The position numbers and the translations under genes are program-made. The notes under the pieces are model-generated. The model had not been told where the DNA came from. It searched no databases and saw only the letters and a program-made list of their open reading frames with translations. From Candidatus Giovannonibacteria bacterium (GTDB lineage Bacteria > Patescibacteriota > Minisyncoccia > JACPKW01 > UBA11713), in contig JAHFOJ010000002.1 in assembly GCA_023266875.1 (NCBI GenBank), forward strand, positions 3,163 through 67,162: a stretch of DNA of 64,000 nucleotides. Reading direction: 5' to 3'. This document shows positions 21,150 to 30,306 of this stretch, piece after piece. Each line of letters opens with the position of its first letter. The first letter of the stretch is position 1.

Positions 21150-22070
21150 TTAAATCCACCTTCTGTATTTGAAGAAGGCGACCATAACCGCGACAACGCC
21201 AGCCATTATTCCTATGATCACCCAAAAATCGTTTGGTTGACCCACAATTGGGCGGGAAACTGCATCGATTGAAAATACCGTGGCGATAAGTGTGAGTGGA
21301 AACGTCAAAAGCGCGAGCATGGTGAACGCTTTGATAATTTCAGAAGAGCGGTGCGTTATCAATGAATTTGTCGTGTCATATAGCGTCTCAAGGGTATCTT
21401 TATTATTTAAGAGCAGGTTCGAAAGCCGGCGATATTGCGCGGCAAGCTCGGGAATTAAGCGCTTGAATGAATTGCCAAAAAAATCCGGGCCAATTTCCGC
21501 AAACGATTCCAAAAGAGAATCGTGCGGGCGGACCGCACGGGAAAAATCAAGCACGTCGCGGCGCAAATAGGAAATGTCTTCAATCAGCTTTTTTTCCTGC
21601 CCCGTAAAAATTCTCTCTTCGATTTGGTCTATTTTCTTTTGCAGAAAATCTATTTCAGCCAATAAATGATCATAAAGTTTTTTCCAAAGCATATAGAGCA
21701 GGGTATCAGTAGAGCCCGATACGCTAAAACAGCGTTCGCGAAGGGCCAAATTGAGCTCACAATGTTTGAAAAATTCTGCCATTGGCTCTATTGGCTCCTG
21801 GTGGACTGTTATTAAAAATTTTTTCCCGACAACTATGTCAAGCTCACGCGCCCGATGCGAACGGCCTTCAGGATCAAAAAGCGGAAGATGCAGTATGAAA
21901 TATAAGTGTGATCCATAATTTTCAGCGCGGGGTCTGAAAGACGGGCGGGAAAGCTCTTCTGCCACAAAATGAGAAAGTTCAAACTCCTTAGTGAGCGCCA
22001 AAATATCTTCAGGAGTCAGGCTCGGCACGTCAACCCACGATATGCCCTTGTAATCAATTCTTGAAATCAT
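21150..22070 (-). CDS. CorA-family divalent cation transporter
   Basis: RPRAENY, FLITVH, two C-terminal TMs ending KYRRWI; the GMN signature is replaced by SID. Confidence 0.85.
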   Translation of the reverse strand: MISRIDYKGISWVDVPSLTPEDILALTKEFELSHFVAEELSRPSFRPRAENYGSHLYFILHLPLFDPEGRSHRARELDIVVGKKFLITVHQEPIEPMAEFFKHCELNLALRERCFSVSGSTDTLLYMLWKKLYDHLLAEIDFLQKKIDQIEERIFTGQEKKLIEDISYLRRDVLDFSRAVRPHDSLLESFAEIGPDFFGNSFKRLIPELAAQYRRLSNLLLNNKDTLETLYDTTNSLITHRSSEIIKAFTMLALLTFPLTLIATVFSIDAVSRPIVGQPNDFWVIIGIMAGVVAVMVAFFKYRRWI

Positions 22071-22169
22071 GATGATTTTATACAGCACCTTTCAGATTAA
22101 TACTTTCCGGGGCTTTCACCCCTTGGAAAGGTGCTAAATTTATCTTACTATAGAAAGACTTAACTACAT

Positions 22170-23390
22170 ATGGAAATCAGAGGACGATCAAGAGCGATAT
22201 TTATAGCAATCACGGTAGCGGTCATCGTGGTTTCTTTTGCGCTTGGAGCATTTTTTGGCTATTCGCACCGCTCCGAACTTGAGAAAATAGGCGGTATAAA
22301 AAATGGCGCGTCAGGCAAACCGGACGATATTGATTTCGAACCGTTTTGGAATGCGTGGGCGATTATCGGAAATAAATTCGCCGGCTCCGACAATATAGAC
22401 AGGCAAAAAATGGTCTGGGGGGCGATTCAAGGCGCGCTCAACTCGCTTGGCGATCCTTATACAACCTTTTTCCCGCCTGAAGAGAAAAAACTATTCGATT
22501 CGGAGATTAAAGGGAGCTTCGCCGGCGTTGGGATGGAAATCGGGGTTAGGAAAGGAATACTGACTGTAATCGCCCCATTAAAAGATACTCCGGCCTATAA
22601 CGCGGGCATTAAGTCTGGAGATGCGGTTCTTAAAATAGACAGCAAAGAAACCGCCGGGATGACCGCAGATGAAGCCGTAAGATTGATCCGAGGAGAGCGC
22701 GGGACAAAGTTGAAATTGATAATACTGCCCTTAAATAAAGACAAAACCCGAGAGTTAACTTTAATCCGCGACATAATAAAAATACCAATCATTGAGACAA
22801 AAAAAGAGAAAAATAAAATATTTGTGATCAAGCTATACAGCTTTGCTGAAAATTCAGCGAACGAATTCAGAAACTCGATGCGCGACATGTATTTTTCCGG
22901 CTCAAATAAATTGATAATTGACCTGCGTGGGAATCCCGGAGGATATTTGGAAGCGGCAGTTGACATCGCTTCATGGTTTCTCGACACCGGGAAAGTGGTA
23001 GTCCGTGAAAAATTTAAGTCCGGCGAAGAACAGCTCTATCGATCACGCGGATATAAACCTTTCAGCAGCCTGATGATTGTCGTTTTAGTCGATAAGGGCT
23101 CGGCTTCTGCATCCGAGATTTTAGCTGGCGCTCTTCAAGATTACGGCGCGGCGAAGCTAGTGGGCGAAAAAACCTTCGGAAAAGGCTCGGTGCAGGAATT
23201 GGTGGATGTGACCAACAATACATCACTTAAAGTTACCATAGCGCGCTGGCTTACTCCGAACGGCCGAAGCATTTCCCAAAACGGCCTCGACCCAGATGTC
23301 AAAGTGGATCAAACTGAAAATGATGATACGAAGGGGATTGACAAGGCAATGGCGCGAGCGCTAGAAATACTAGAATCTTGGAATAAATAA
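22170..23390 (+). CDS. S41 carboxy-terminal processing protease
   Basis: DPYT, PDZ domain, DLRGNPGG, SASASEI, TFGKGSVQ. Confidence 0.96.
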   Translation: MEIRGRSRAIFIAITVAVIVVSFALGAFFGYSHRSELEKIGGIKNGASGKPDDIDFEPFWNAWAIIGNKFAGSDNIDRQKMVWGAIQGALNSLGDPYTTFFPPEEKKLFDSEIKGSFAGVGMEIGVRKGILTVIAPLKDTPAYNAGIKSGDAVLKIDSKETAGMTADEAVRLIRGERGTKLKLIILPLNKDKTRELTLIRDIIKIPIIETKKEKNKIFVIKLYSFAENSANEFRNSMRDMYFSGSNKLIIDLRGNPGGYLEAAVDIASWFLDTGKVVVREKFKSGEEQLYRSRGYKPFSSLMIVVLVDKGSASASEILAGALQDYGAAKLVGEKTFGKGSVQELVDVTNNTSLKVTIARWLTPNGRSISQNGLDPDVKVDQTENDDTKGIDKAMARALEILESWNK

Positions 23391-23403
23391 TTAATATCAT
23401 AAT

Positions 23404-23883
23404 ATGGCAAAAGTAATACTATTAAAAGACGTAATTAATCTCGGCCAAAAGGGCGACTTAAAGGAAGTAAAAGATGGGTACGTGAGAAATTTTCTTCTGC
23501 CAAGAAAACTAGCGGAACTTGCGACAAAGGCCAATATCCGCACACTTGAAGCAGAACAATCAAAAAGAGAAATTTTGAAAAGTGAGATATCATCTCGAAC
23601 GCAGGACGACTTAGAAAAGCTCGCCCGAGAAAAAATCATTTTCAAAATGCCAGCAAATGAAAAAAGACATCTTTTTGACAGTATTAGCATTTCAGAAATC
23701 GAGGCAAAGCTTCAAGAATTAGGAATTAAGAATATCAAAAAAGAGTGGATCAAACTTGCCTCACCGATAAAAGAAGTAGGGGAGAGCGAATTTGAAATTA
23801 AACCTCCTACGGGCGAAGCCGCAAGTTTCAAGATAACTGTAACCGAGAAAAAAACGCCCAAGAAAAGGTCTAGAAAAAAGTAG
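23404..23883 (+). CDS. rplI: 50S ribosomal protein L9
   Basis: KVILLKDV..LG..G...EVKDGYVRNFLLP. Confidence 0.95.
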   Translation: MAKVILLKDVINLGQKGDLKEVKDGYVRNFLLPRKLAELATKANIRTLEAEQSKREILKSEISSRTQDDLEKLAREKIIFKMPANEKRHLFDSISISEIEAKLQELGIKNIKKEWIKLASPIKEVGESEFEIKPPTGEAASFKITVTEKKTPKKRSRKK

Positions 23884-23905
23884 GTAGAAAAAAAATGGTA
23901 AGGGT

Positions 23906-24181
23906 TTATGCTACAATGCTTACCTTTTTTATACGTTTCGATCTTCCATCAAATCTCGTTTTTCTGACGTCAGAAAATTTAATAGTCCCAGGTGCGATTG
24001 CAAAAATCGTGTGGTCTTTGCCTATTGATGTGTTTTCTCCGGCAATAAAGTGTGTACCACGCTGGCGGATAATTATTGACCCCTTTTTCGCAGTCTCGCC
24101 CGCAAAAAGTTTAACCCCTAGATATTTAGGGTTAGAATCCCTGTTATTCTGTGTCGATCCTGTGGCTTTTGTATGTGCCAT
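23906..24181 (-). CDS. rpmA: 50S ribosomal protein L27
   Basis: [21 protein letters not shown]. Confidence 0.97.
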   Translation of the reverse strand: MAHTKATGSTQNNRDSNPKYLGVKLFAGETAKKGSIIIRQRGTHFIAGENTSIGKDHTIFAIAPGTIKFSDVRKTRFDGRSKRIKKVSIVA

Positions 24182-24225
24182 TTTAAGTTAGAATCTCTGG
24201 ATAAAACTCGTGCTATTATTTAACC

Positions 24226-24672
24226 ATGTTAAACGAGTGGGCGAGGAAAATCAAGTCCTGGTATAAAGACAACGAAAATGAGATCGTTTGGGTCGCGGTT
24301 GTTTTATTCGCTACGGGAGTCGGCTTTGGCGCCGGCCGTGTTGCAATTTTCAATTCAAATAAAACTCCTATAGAGATAAATCCGCCTGCAAGTAATCTTG
24401 GCGCAAACGCGATTAGCTCGCTTAATAGTTCTAGAGACGAAGCCGCCGCAGAAACAGAAAATAACTCTATAACTCAAATCACGGATAAAGAGCCCGTAAT
24501 CATGGAACAATCGCCTAAGATATATGTCGCCTCAAAAAATGGGAGTGTTTTTTATCTGCCAAGTTGCGGTGGCGTTAGATTAATTAAAGAAGCAAACAAA
24601 ATCTGGTTTTCGTCAAAAGAGGAAGCGTCGCGCGCGGGCTACAAACCGGCCGCAAATTGCAAAGGTTTATAG
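24226..24672 (+). CDS. Membrane-anchored protein with C-terminal Ada-like metal-binding domain
   Basis: TM segment, then YVASKNG..FY.P.C...I...N.IWF.S.EEA..AGY.PA.NC. Confidence 0.75.
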   Translation: MLNEWARKIKSWYKDNENEIVWVAVVLFATGVGFGAGRVAIFNSNKTPIEINPPASNLGANAISSLNSSRDEAAAETENNSITQITDKEPVIMEQSPKIYVASKNGSVFYLPSCGGVRLIKEANKIWFSSKEEASRAGYKPAANCKGL

Positions 24673-25839
24673 ATCTTTTTCGATTTGTAATCGTTTGCGG
24701 CTTATGGTCAATGTTGAAACTTTTTTGATATCTTTTACTATGCCGTCAAACTTTTTTTGTTTTTGTTCCGGAAGTGTTTTTAAAATTTTCTCAAGTTTTT
24801 TCTCATCCACCTTCAAAACTTCCTGCCAAAGCCCCAAAGGCTGAAGCATAACGCGCGCGCGTTCCAAATCATAGTTTTTTTTCTCCGCCGTGCGCCGAGT
24901 TATATAACCATCTGGGCCAAATATGCGCTCGAGCCCTTTTTCATCTAAATAATGATGGATCTTAGCTTGAAGCATTTCAATCTTATCATATTGGCCTAGA
25001 ACGCTGTTTTTCGCCTCAAAATAATCCCTGATTATGCTTTTAATCTCTTCGTCTGAAGGCGCGTCTTCTTTTTTATACAAATGCTTCCACATCGGGCATA
25101 TAGGGCGATATGGACAAAATCCGCACCACGGACCCGGAGTAGGGGGAAATTCAGAAGACCTTTCGCGCTCTCTTATGTCTTTAATAGCCAAGAGTATCTG
25201 GTTTTTTGTTGAAGCAAGGTCGTCGCTACTTCTCTTTGAAGAAAGTTTTTCTCCATGCTCGAGAAAATAAAGCGAAAGCGTAACTTGATCCGGACTAATA
25301 TGAGTCCAGCGTTTCACCAAACCGAGATTATAAATGGAAAGTTGAAGATTTTTATCAACAAAATCTTGGCTTGGCATCCGGCGAGATGTTTTATAATCTA
25401 TGATCTCGTACGTATCGTCCGTAGGCTTATCTACCCGATCTATTATTCCCGCCAAAATATGACTTTCTTTCTGGTTTGGATCTTCAATAATCACTTCAAA
25501 TCTTGATTCTAGATCGACGATATTAAAATTCCACGGCTGATTTTTAAGAAAGAATTTCCTTAAAATCTTTTTTCCTTCTTCTAAATAAGAATCGGTTTGG
25601 TTTTCGGGAATTTTCAAAGTCAGTGACTCGCCTGACCAAATATCGGAAAAATAATTCAAAACCTCATCTATGGTAGGGAAGAGGGGATTCTTAGTGAACA
25701 TGAAACGGAGCGCGGAATGTATAACTGAACCAAAAACAGCTTCCTTGGATTTTTCCCCTTTGATCTTATCTATCTGGGAAAATTTATATTTTAGAGGGCA
25801 GATTTTAAATGTTTCGAGCGCGGAATATGATGTTCGCAT
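24667..25839 (-). CDS. PD-(D/E)XK nuclease, RecB/AddB-like with probable Fe-S staple
   Basis: SYSALETF..CP, GIIDRVD, IIDYKT, QLSIY, CGFCPYRPIC. Confidence 0.9.
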   Translation of the reverse strand: MRTSYSALETFKICPLKYKFSQIDKIKGEKSKEAVFGSVIHSALRFMFTKNPLFPTIDEVLNYFSDIWSGESLTLKIPENQTDSYLEEGKKILRKFFLKNQPWNFNIVDLESRFEVIIEDPNQKESHILAGIIDRVDKPTDDTYEIIDYKTSRRMPSQDFVDKNLQLSIYNLGLVKRWTHISPDQVTLSLYFLEHGEKLSSKRSSDDLASTKNQILLAIKDIRERERSSEFPPTPGPWCGFCPYRPICPMWKHLYKKEDAPSDEEIKSIIRDYFEAKNSVLGQYDKIEMLQAKIHHYLDEKGLERIFGPDGYITRRTAEKKNYDLERARVMLQPLGLWQEVLKVDEKKLEKILKTLPEQKQKKFDGIVKDIKKVSTLTISRKRLQIEKDL

Positions 25840-25905
25840 TGATAAATTATACTGCAGTTTGACGCACTGCGCTCAAGCGGGGAGACAAAGCCGCATATAA
25901 ATACA

Positions 25906-25933
25906 ATGTCGCACAACATAGATTTTGCGTCAT
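25906..25933. other. Putative dif-like tyrosine-recombinase site
   Basis: ATGTCGCACAA-CATAGA-TTTTGCGTCAT: 11-6-11 imperfect palindrome, intergenic. Confidence 0.5.
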
Positions 25934-25975
25934 TCTAGCCGTATATAGTTGAAAGCCTTCATAGTATGTGATCTT

Positions 25976-26257
25976 TTAATCGCCCGTAACCGGTTTTAGC
26001 TTGTGTTCCACATTGAGAATCCACTCACCGAATGTATTTCGAAAATTCTTGATTATAAACTCGCGGGCAATCTTAAACCAGCTGGAAATATAATTATTCC
26101 AAACATATTGGATCCCTCGCCATAGAAATGAAAAATTGGACTTGAGGATTGGGTTTGTGACGAAATTAGATATGCTTACACCAAGAAAACTTAATATCAC
26201 CACGGATAAGATCAAAATAATTATGAGTTGTAGAAAACCCTGATTACTTGGGTGCAT
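25976..26257 (-). CDS. Hypothetical small membrane protein
   Basis: 93 aa, N-terminal NQGFLQLIIILIL hydrophobic segment. Confidence 0.65.
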   Translation of the reverse strand: MHPSNQGFLQLIIILILSVVILSFLGVSISNFVTNPILKSNFSFLWRGIQYVWNNYISSWFKIAREFIIKNFRNTFGEWILNVEHKLKPVTGD

Positions 26258-26315
26258 AATATATTTCCCTTAATTATAGGCATTTTCTTATGTTTTATAG
26301 GTGTGAATATCTGGC

Positions 26316-26345
26316 TTGACCAATTAACAATTGAATATGTATCAT
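26316..26345 (+). promoter_or_regulatory. Sigma70-like promoter with no substantial downstream CDS
   Basis: TTGACC (26316-26321), 18 bp spacer, TATCAT (26340-26345). Confidence 0.55.
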
Positions 26346-26351
26346 ATAAGT

Positions 26352-26503
26352 AGCAATTCTCTTGCCGCATAGTTCTTTGTGTCGGGCATGCAACAAGACA
26401 AGCCCAGCAATTTTAAATCTAAATTTCGTTCTTTCTAACAACCAAATAGAATCATTACCGATTCAACAAACCCTTTAATTTGGAGGATCCTCGGTAAGAG
26501 AGC
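26352..26503 (+). ncRNA. Candidate structured ncRNA (~150 nt)
   Basis: Promoter upstream, closing stem CTCTTGCCG (26359-26367)/CGGTAAGAG (26492-26500), terminator downstream. Confidence 0.4.
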
Positions 26504-26506
26504 AAT

Positions 26507-26553
26507 AAAAGCCCTAGCGGGGCAATCAATCAAAACCTGCCTAGGGCATTTTT
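26507..26553. terminator. Probable bidirectional terminator hairpin
   Basis: AAAA-GCCCTAG...CTAGGGC-ATTTTT. Confidence 0.65.
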
Positions 26554-26596
26554 GTTTAAAGAATTATTATTCTTTATTAAAGTTATATATCTCAGC

Positions 26597-27856
26597 TTAT
26601 AAGTAAATTTTAGGATCTAAATATCCACCATATGGCAATACCCCGCAGACTCTGGATTTTCTCATTTCTACTGTTCTTGCGTCGTATACTGTGAAATGCA
26701 AATGCGGGCCTGTTGTATACCCGGTATTCCCGGAATATCCTATCAATTGTCCCCTATTCACCGATGCCCCTTGTGGGATACTTTGAAACGAGAGATGCGC
26801 GTATAAAGTTGCCAGATGGTTTGGATGTTCAATCAATATCCATTTTCCATATGATCCTCCTGGGCATACCAAATCGCTATTTCCTTCTGATTTTATAGTC
26901 CCACTCTCTGACGCTAAAATCGGCGTGCCGACTGAAGCCTTAAGATCAATACCGTTGTGGCCGGAATTCCCATAAACATCGCCTACAGATGACAGAGCGA
27001 AAGCTGTTAATCCGAAAGATTGAGTTATGATGGGATTTTGGACTGGCCAAGCTAAAACTCCTGATCTTGCACCCGGCAAGCTGGATGGATCAATTAGCAA
27101 TTTCAATTGATCTTCAATTTTAGAAATTTCCTGCTCAATTTCTGCTCGCTTATTTCGACGGGTACTAACAAGTTTTTGATATTCCGATTCTTTATTTTTA
27201 GTGTCGCGCAAAAGCTGATCCTTAGCTTTACGCGTGGACACCTCAATAGATTGCTCGACTTTCAGTTCAGAAAAATAATTTTGAAGGTCTGCTTTCGTGC
27301 TTTCCTCTTCCCGCTTATTTGACTCTAAATTATCTTTCAACCCCTTCAAGCGATCAAGATTTTCTCTGACTGAAGCTTGTAAATTTTCGATTCTTTCGAC
27401 ATCAGTGAAAAATTCCGAAAACTCGCTTTTTCTCACTAAGATTTCCAAAAGAGACTCCCCGTCTGTTTCACGAAGAGTTCTTATTATCTCCGCAAGAGCG
27501 GTTTTCCTGGAATCAATGTCTGAGGTACTTCTATTTATTTCGAGTGCCAAGCGCTTTAAAATTAGCTGGGATGTATTAATTTTGCTTTGTGTGAGCGTAA
27601 TTTTTGCGGCAAGCTGCTTTATTGAAACATCTCTTTTTTGAATTTCGTTTTTAAGAGTATTTACTTGGTTCTCTGCCGATTCGATTTGGGCTTGATACGC
27701 AGCGATCTCTTGCTCAATTTGCTTTATTTGATTCTGCCTTTCGGCTATGGAATTTTTTAGATCGTCAATAGGCGCGGCGAAACTCACCCGGCCATGGAAA
27801 ACTGCTAACGAGAAAAATAATAAAAAAATAGAAAATAGCTTGGGGCGGTTTTTCAC
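26597..27856 (-). CDS. M23 peptidase with coiled coil (EnvC/CwlO-like murein hydrolase)
   Basis: Signal peptide, long coiled coil, HNGID, TLYAHL, TGPHLHF. Confidence 0.93.
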   Translation of the reverse strand: MKNRPKLFSIFLLFFSLAVFHGRVSFAAPIDDLKNSIAERQNQIKQIEQEIAAYQAQIESAENQVNTLKNEIQKRDVSIKQLAAKITLTQSKINTSQLILKRLALEINRSTSDIDSRKTALAEIIRTLRETDGESLLEILVRKSEFSEFFTDVERIENLQASVRENLDRLKGLKDNLESNKREEESTKADLQNYFSELKVEQSIEVSTRKAKDQLLRDTKNKESEYQKLVSTRRNKRAEIEQEISKIEDQLKLLIDPSSLPGARSGVLAWPVQNPIITQSFGLTAFALSSVGDVYGNSGHNGIDLKASVGTPILASESGTIKSEGNSDLVCPGGSYGKWILIEHPNHLATLYAHLSFQSIPQGASVNRGQLIGYSGNTGYTTGPHLHFTVYDARTVEMRKSRVCGVLPYGGYLDPKIYL

Positions 27857-27864
27857 TCTTATTA

Positions 27865-29172
27865 TTATACCTTATAGCTTGTGATATTTAGAGCAAAATC
27901 AATCCGCCTTAATGATTCCTCTTTCCCTAAAATTTCTGCGATCTCAAACGGTCCTGGAGATACTTTCCTACCCGTAAGAGCGACGCGAAAAGGCCATAAA
28001 ATTCTACCCTTATCCCCTTCCCCTATAGCCTTCAAGAATATACTCTCTAGTCTTTCCTTATCAAACCCGCCTGCCGAAACATCCTCTACTAATTTCTTAA
28101 TTTTGTTCAGAGCCTCCAAAACTTCGCTTGTGACCATTTGTTTCCAAACTAAAAGATTCTTGTCGTATTTTGGTGCTTCATAAAAATATTGGACTTTGTT
28201 CGGCAATTCGGATAACTTCTTCAGCCGCGGTTTTTCAAGCGCGATTATTTTCTCGTTATCTAGCCCGGATTCAAAAAATTCAATAGGCAGAAAAGGGCTT
28301 GCGATCTCCAATAATGCCTTATTATCTTTCTCTCTAATATACTCCCCGTTCATCCAATCCATTTTTTTATTATCAAATATCGCGCCCGCTTTGCCTACCC
28401 TTTCGAGTGAAAATGACTTAAAAAGTTCATCCTTTGACATAACCTCTTTATCTCCCTCTGGATGCCATCCCAAAAGCGCCAAAAAATTATATAAAGCCTC
28501 CGGCAAATAACCTTGGTTCTTGTATTCCTCTACCGATTCAGCGCTGTGCCGTTTTGATAATTTAGATCGATCTGGACCCAAGATCAAAGGGAGGTGAGCA
28601 TAAATAGGCTGAGGAAAAGTCAACGCGGATTGAAGTAAGATTTGGCGCGGGGTATTGGAAATATGATCCTCACCGCGAATGACATGCGATATTTTCATTT
28701 CCGCGTCATCAACAACCACCGCCAAATGGTAAAGCGGTTCATCTAAGCTCTTCGCCACCACAAAATCCCCGAGATCGGATGTATCAAATTCTATTTTACC
28801 GCGGACAATATCCTCAAACTCGACCCGCTTCTTGGGATTTTTAAATCTTATAACTTCAGATCGCTCGCCTTTCGACTCCTTCGATAAATAAGCATTTCCG
28901 GAATCTATAAGTTTTTTTAAATATTTCTTATGGATCTCTATCCGCTCAGATTGCCGATAAAATTCCCCCCAATTTATGCCGAGCCACGACAAACCATTCG
29001 TGATGCTTTTTTCGTATTGCTCAAGCGACCTCGCTTTATCCGTATCTTCAATGCGCAAAATAAATTTACCCGCAGGCGGCTTTGCGAATAATAAATTAAA
29101 TAAGGCAGTCCGAGCTCCGCCTAAATGAAAAGGCCCTGTGGGGCTCGGTGCGTAACGAGTTCTGATTTCCAT
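27865..29172 (-). CDS. gltX: Glutamyl-tRNA synthetase
   Basis: RYAPSPTG.FHLGGAR, LRIEDTD, RGEDH, KLSKR. Confidence 0.97.
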   Translation of the reverse strand: MEIRTRYAPSPTGPFHLGGARTALFNLLFAKPPAGKFILRIEDTDKARSLEQYEKSITNGLSWLGINWGEFYRQSERIEIHKKYLKKLIDSGNAYLSKESKGERSEVIRFKNPKKRVEFEDIVRGKIEFDTSDLGDFVVAKSLDEPLYHLAVVVDDAEMKISHVIRGEDHISNTPRQILLQSALTFPQPIYAHLPLILGPDRSKLSKRHSAESVEEYKNQGYLPEALYNFLALLGWHPEGDKEVMSKDELFKSFSLERVGKAGAIFDNKKMDWMNGEYIREKDNKALLEIASPFLPIEFFESGLDNEKIIALEKPRLKKLSELPNKVQYFYEAPKYDKNLLVWKQMVTSEVLEALNKIKKLVEDVSAGGFDKERLESIFLKAIGEGDKGRILWPFRVALTGRKVSPGPFEIAEILGKEESLRRIDFALNITSYKV

Positions 29173-29174
29173 AA

Positions 29175-30299
29175 TTAATGCGACAATGCTAGTTTAAGTA
29201 TTTCTTCAGCAATCTTATCCGCAGCATCAAGCCGAGCAAATGCAGTCGCGGCCTTACGCATTCGTTCCACGGCCGCCTTATCCGCCTGCAGTTTTTTAAT
29301 TTCAAAAATAAGGAGGTGCGGTGTCAGATTTTTTTCTTCCATAACTATTGCCGCCCCGCATCTTGCATAGGCATAAGCGTTTTCGCGCTGTTCGTCCTGC
29401 GCGGCCGTCGGGAAAGGAATTAATATCGAAGGGAGCCCCCAGGCTGCAATCTCGAAAATAGCCCCCGCTCCCGCTCTTGAAACCACTAACGCGCTAACCA
29501 GCGCGGCATTTCTATACGCACCCTCATCTAAAAATTCGTAAACATGGTAGCGGTTTTTAGCATCCGTATTTTCAAAAACAATAGAGGCTCGCAATTTTGC
29601 TTCGCGAAAATTATTACGACCGGTAACGTGTATTATCTGGAAATCCCTGATTAATTCGGGCGCTATATCCAAGACAAAGTCGTTTAAAGCTTTGGCGCCA
29701 AGCGATCCTCCTAAGAATAAAATAGTGTCAACGCCGCTGTCTAAATTGAAAATTTCATTCGCTTCAACGACATTTCCGCCAATAATTTGTTTGCGCACTG
29801 GGTTCCCGGTAAGCGCAGTTCTTTCGGCCGGAAAATATTTTGCGGTTTCAGGGAAAGAAACCGCGATACGACTAGCGAACTTTGACGCCCATTTAGTGAC
29901 CTTGCCCGGAATTATATCCGACTCATGAATCACAAGCGGAATTTTGAATATTTTAGCCGCGACTAACGCTGGGAAACTATCATATCCGCCTTTCGCAAAA
30001 ATTACGTCCGGAAAATCAAGATAAATCTTAAATATAGCTTTTATAGCCCCCCAGAGCGTTTTAAAAGGATCGATTAAATTCATTATGGAAAAATACCGCC
30101 TAATTTTTCCTGACGGCAATTTCATGAATCTTATTTCCTCTTCAGAAAGCAATTGCGGATCGTATGGCTTGGATGCACCATATATCAGTTCCAGATCAAA
30201 TATCTTATCTCGTTCAGTTTTATCTTTAAGCGCCCGCGCTACGGCGATTAAAGGGTAAAAGTGCCCCCCAGTTCCACCTCCGGTTAAAAAAATTTTCAT
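29175..30299 (-). CDS. murG: MurG GlcNAc transferase
   Basis: GGGTGGH, KGGY, GNPVR, GGSLGA, SRAGA, Q.ENA. Confidence 0.97.
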   Translation of the reverse strand: MKIFLTGGGTGGHFYPLIAVARALKDKTERDKIFDLELIYGASKPYDPQLLSEEEIRFMKLPSGKIRRYFSIMNLIDPFKTLWGAIKAIFKIYLDFPDVIFAKGGYDSFPALVAAKIFKIPLVIHESDIIPGKVTKWASKFASRIAVSFPETAKYFPAERTALTGNPVRKQIIGGNVVEANEIFNLDSGVDTILFLGGSLGAKALNDFVLDIAPELIRDFQIIHVTGRNNFREAKLRASIVFENTDAKNRYHVYEFLDEGAYRNAALVSALVVSRAGAGAIFEIAAWGLPSILIPFPTAAQDEQRENAYAYARCGAAIVMEEKNLTPHLLIFEIKKLQADKAAVERMRKAATAFARLDAADKIAEEILKLALSH

Positions 30300-30306
30300 A
30301 GATAAT

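Noticed and set aside
24667-25839. Cas4/CRISPR system
   Set aside because: The Fe-S PD-(D/E)XK nuclease has no neighbouring cas genes, and I saw no regularly spaced repeat-spacer array in the window.
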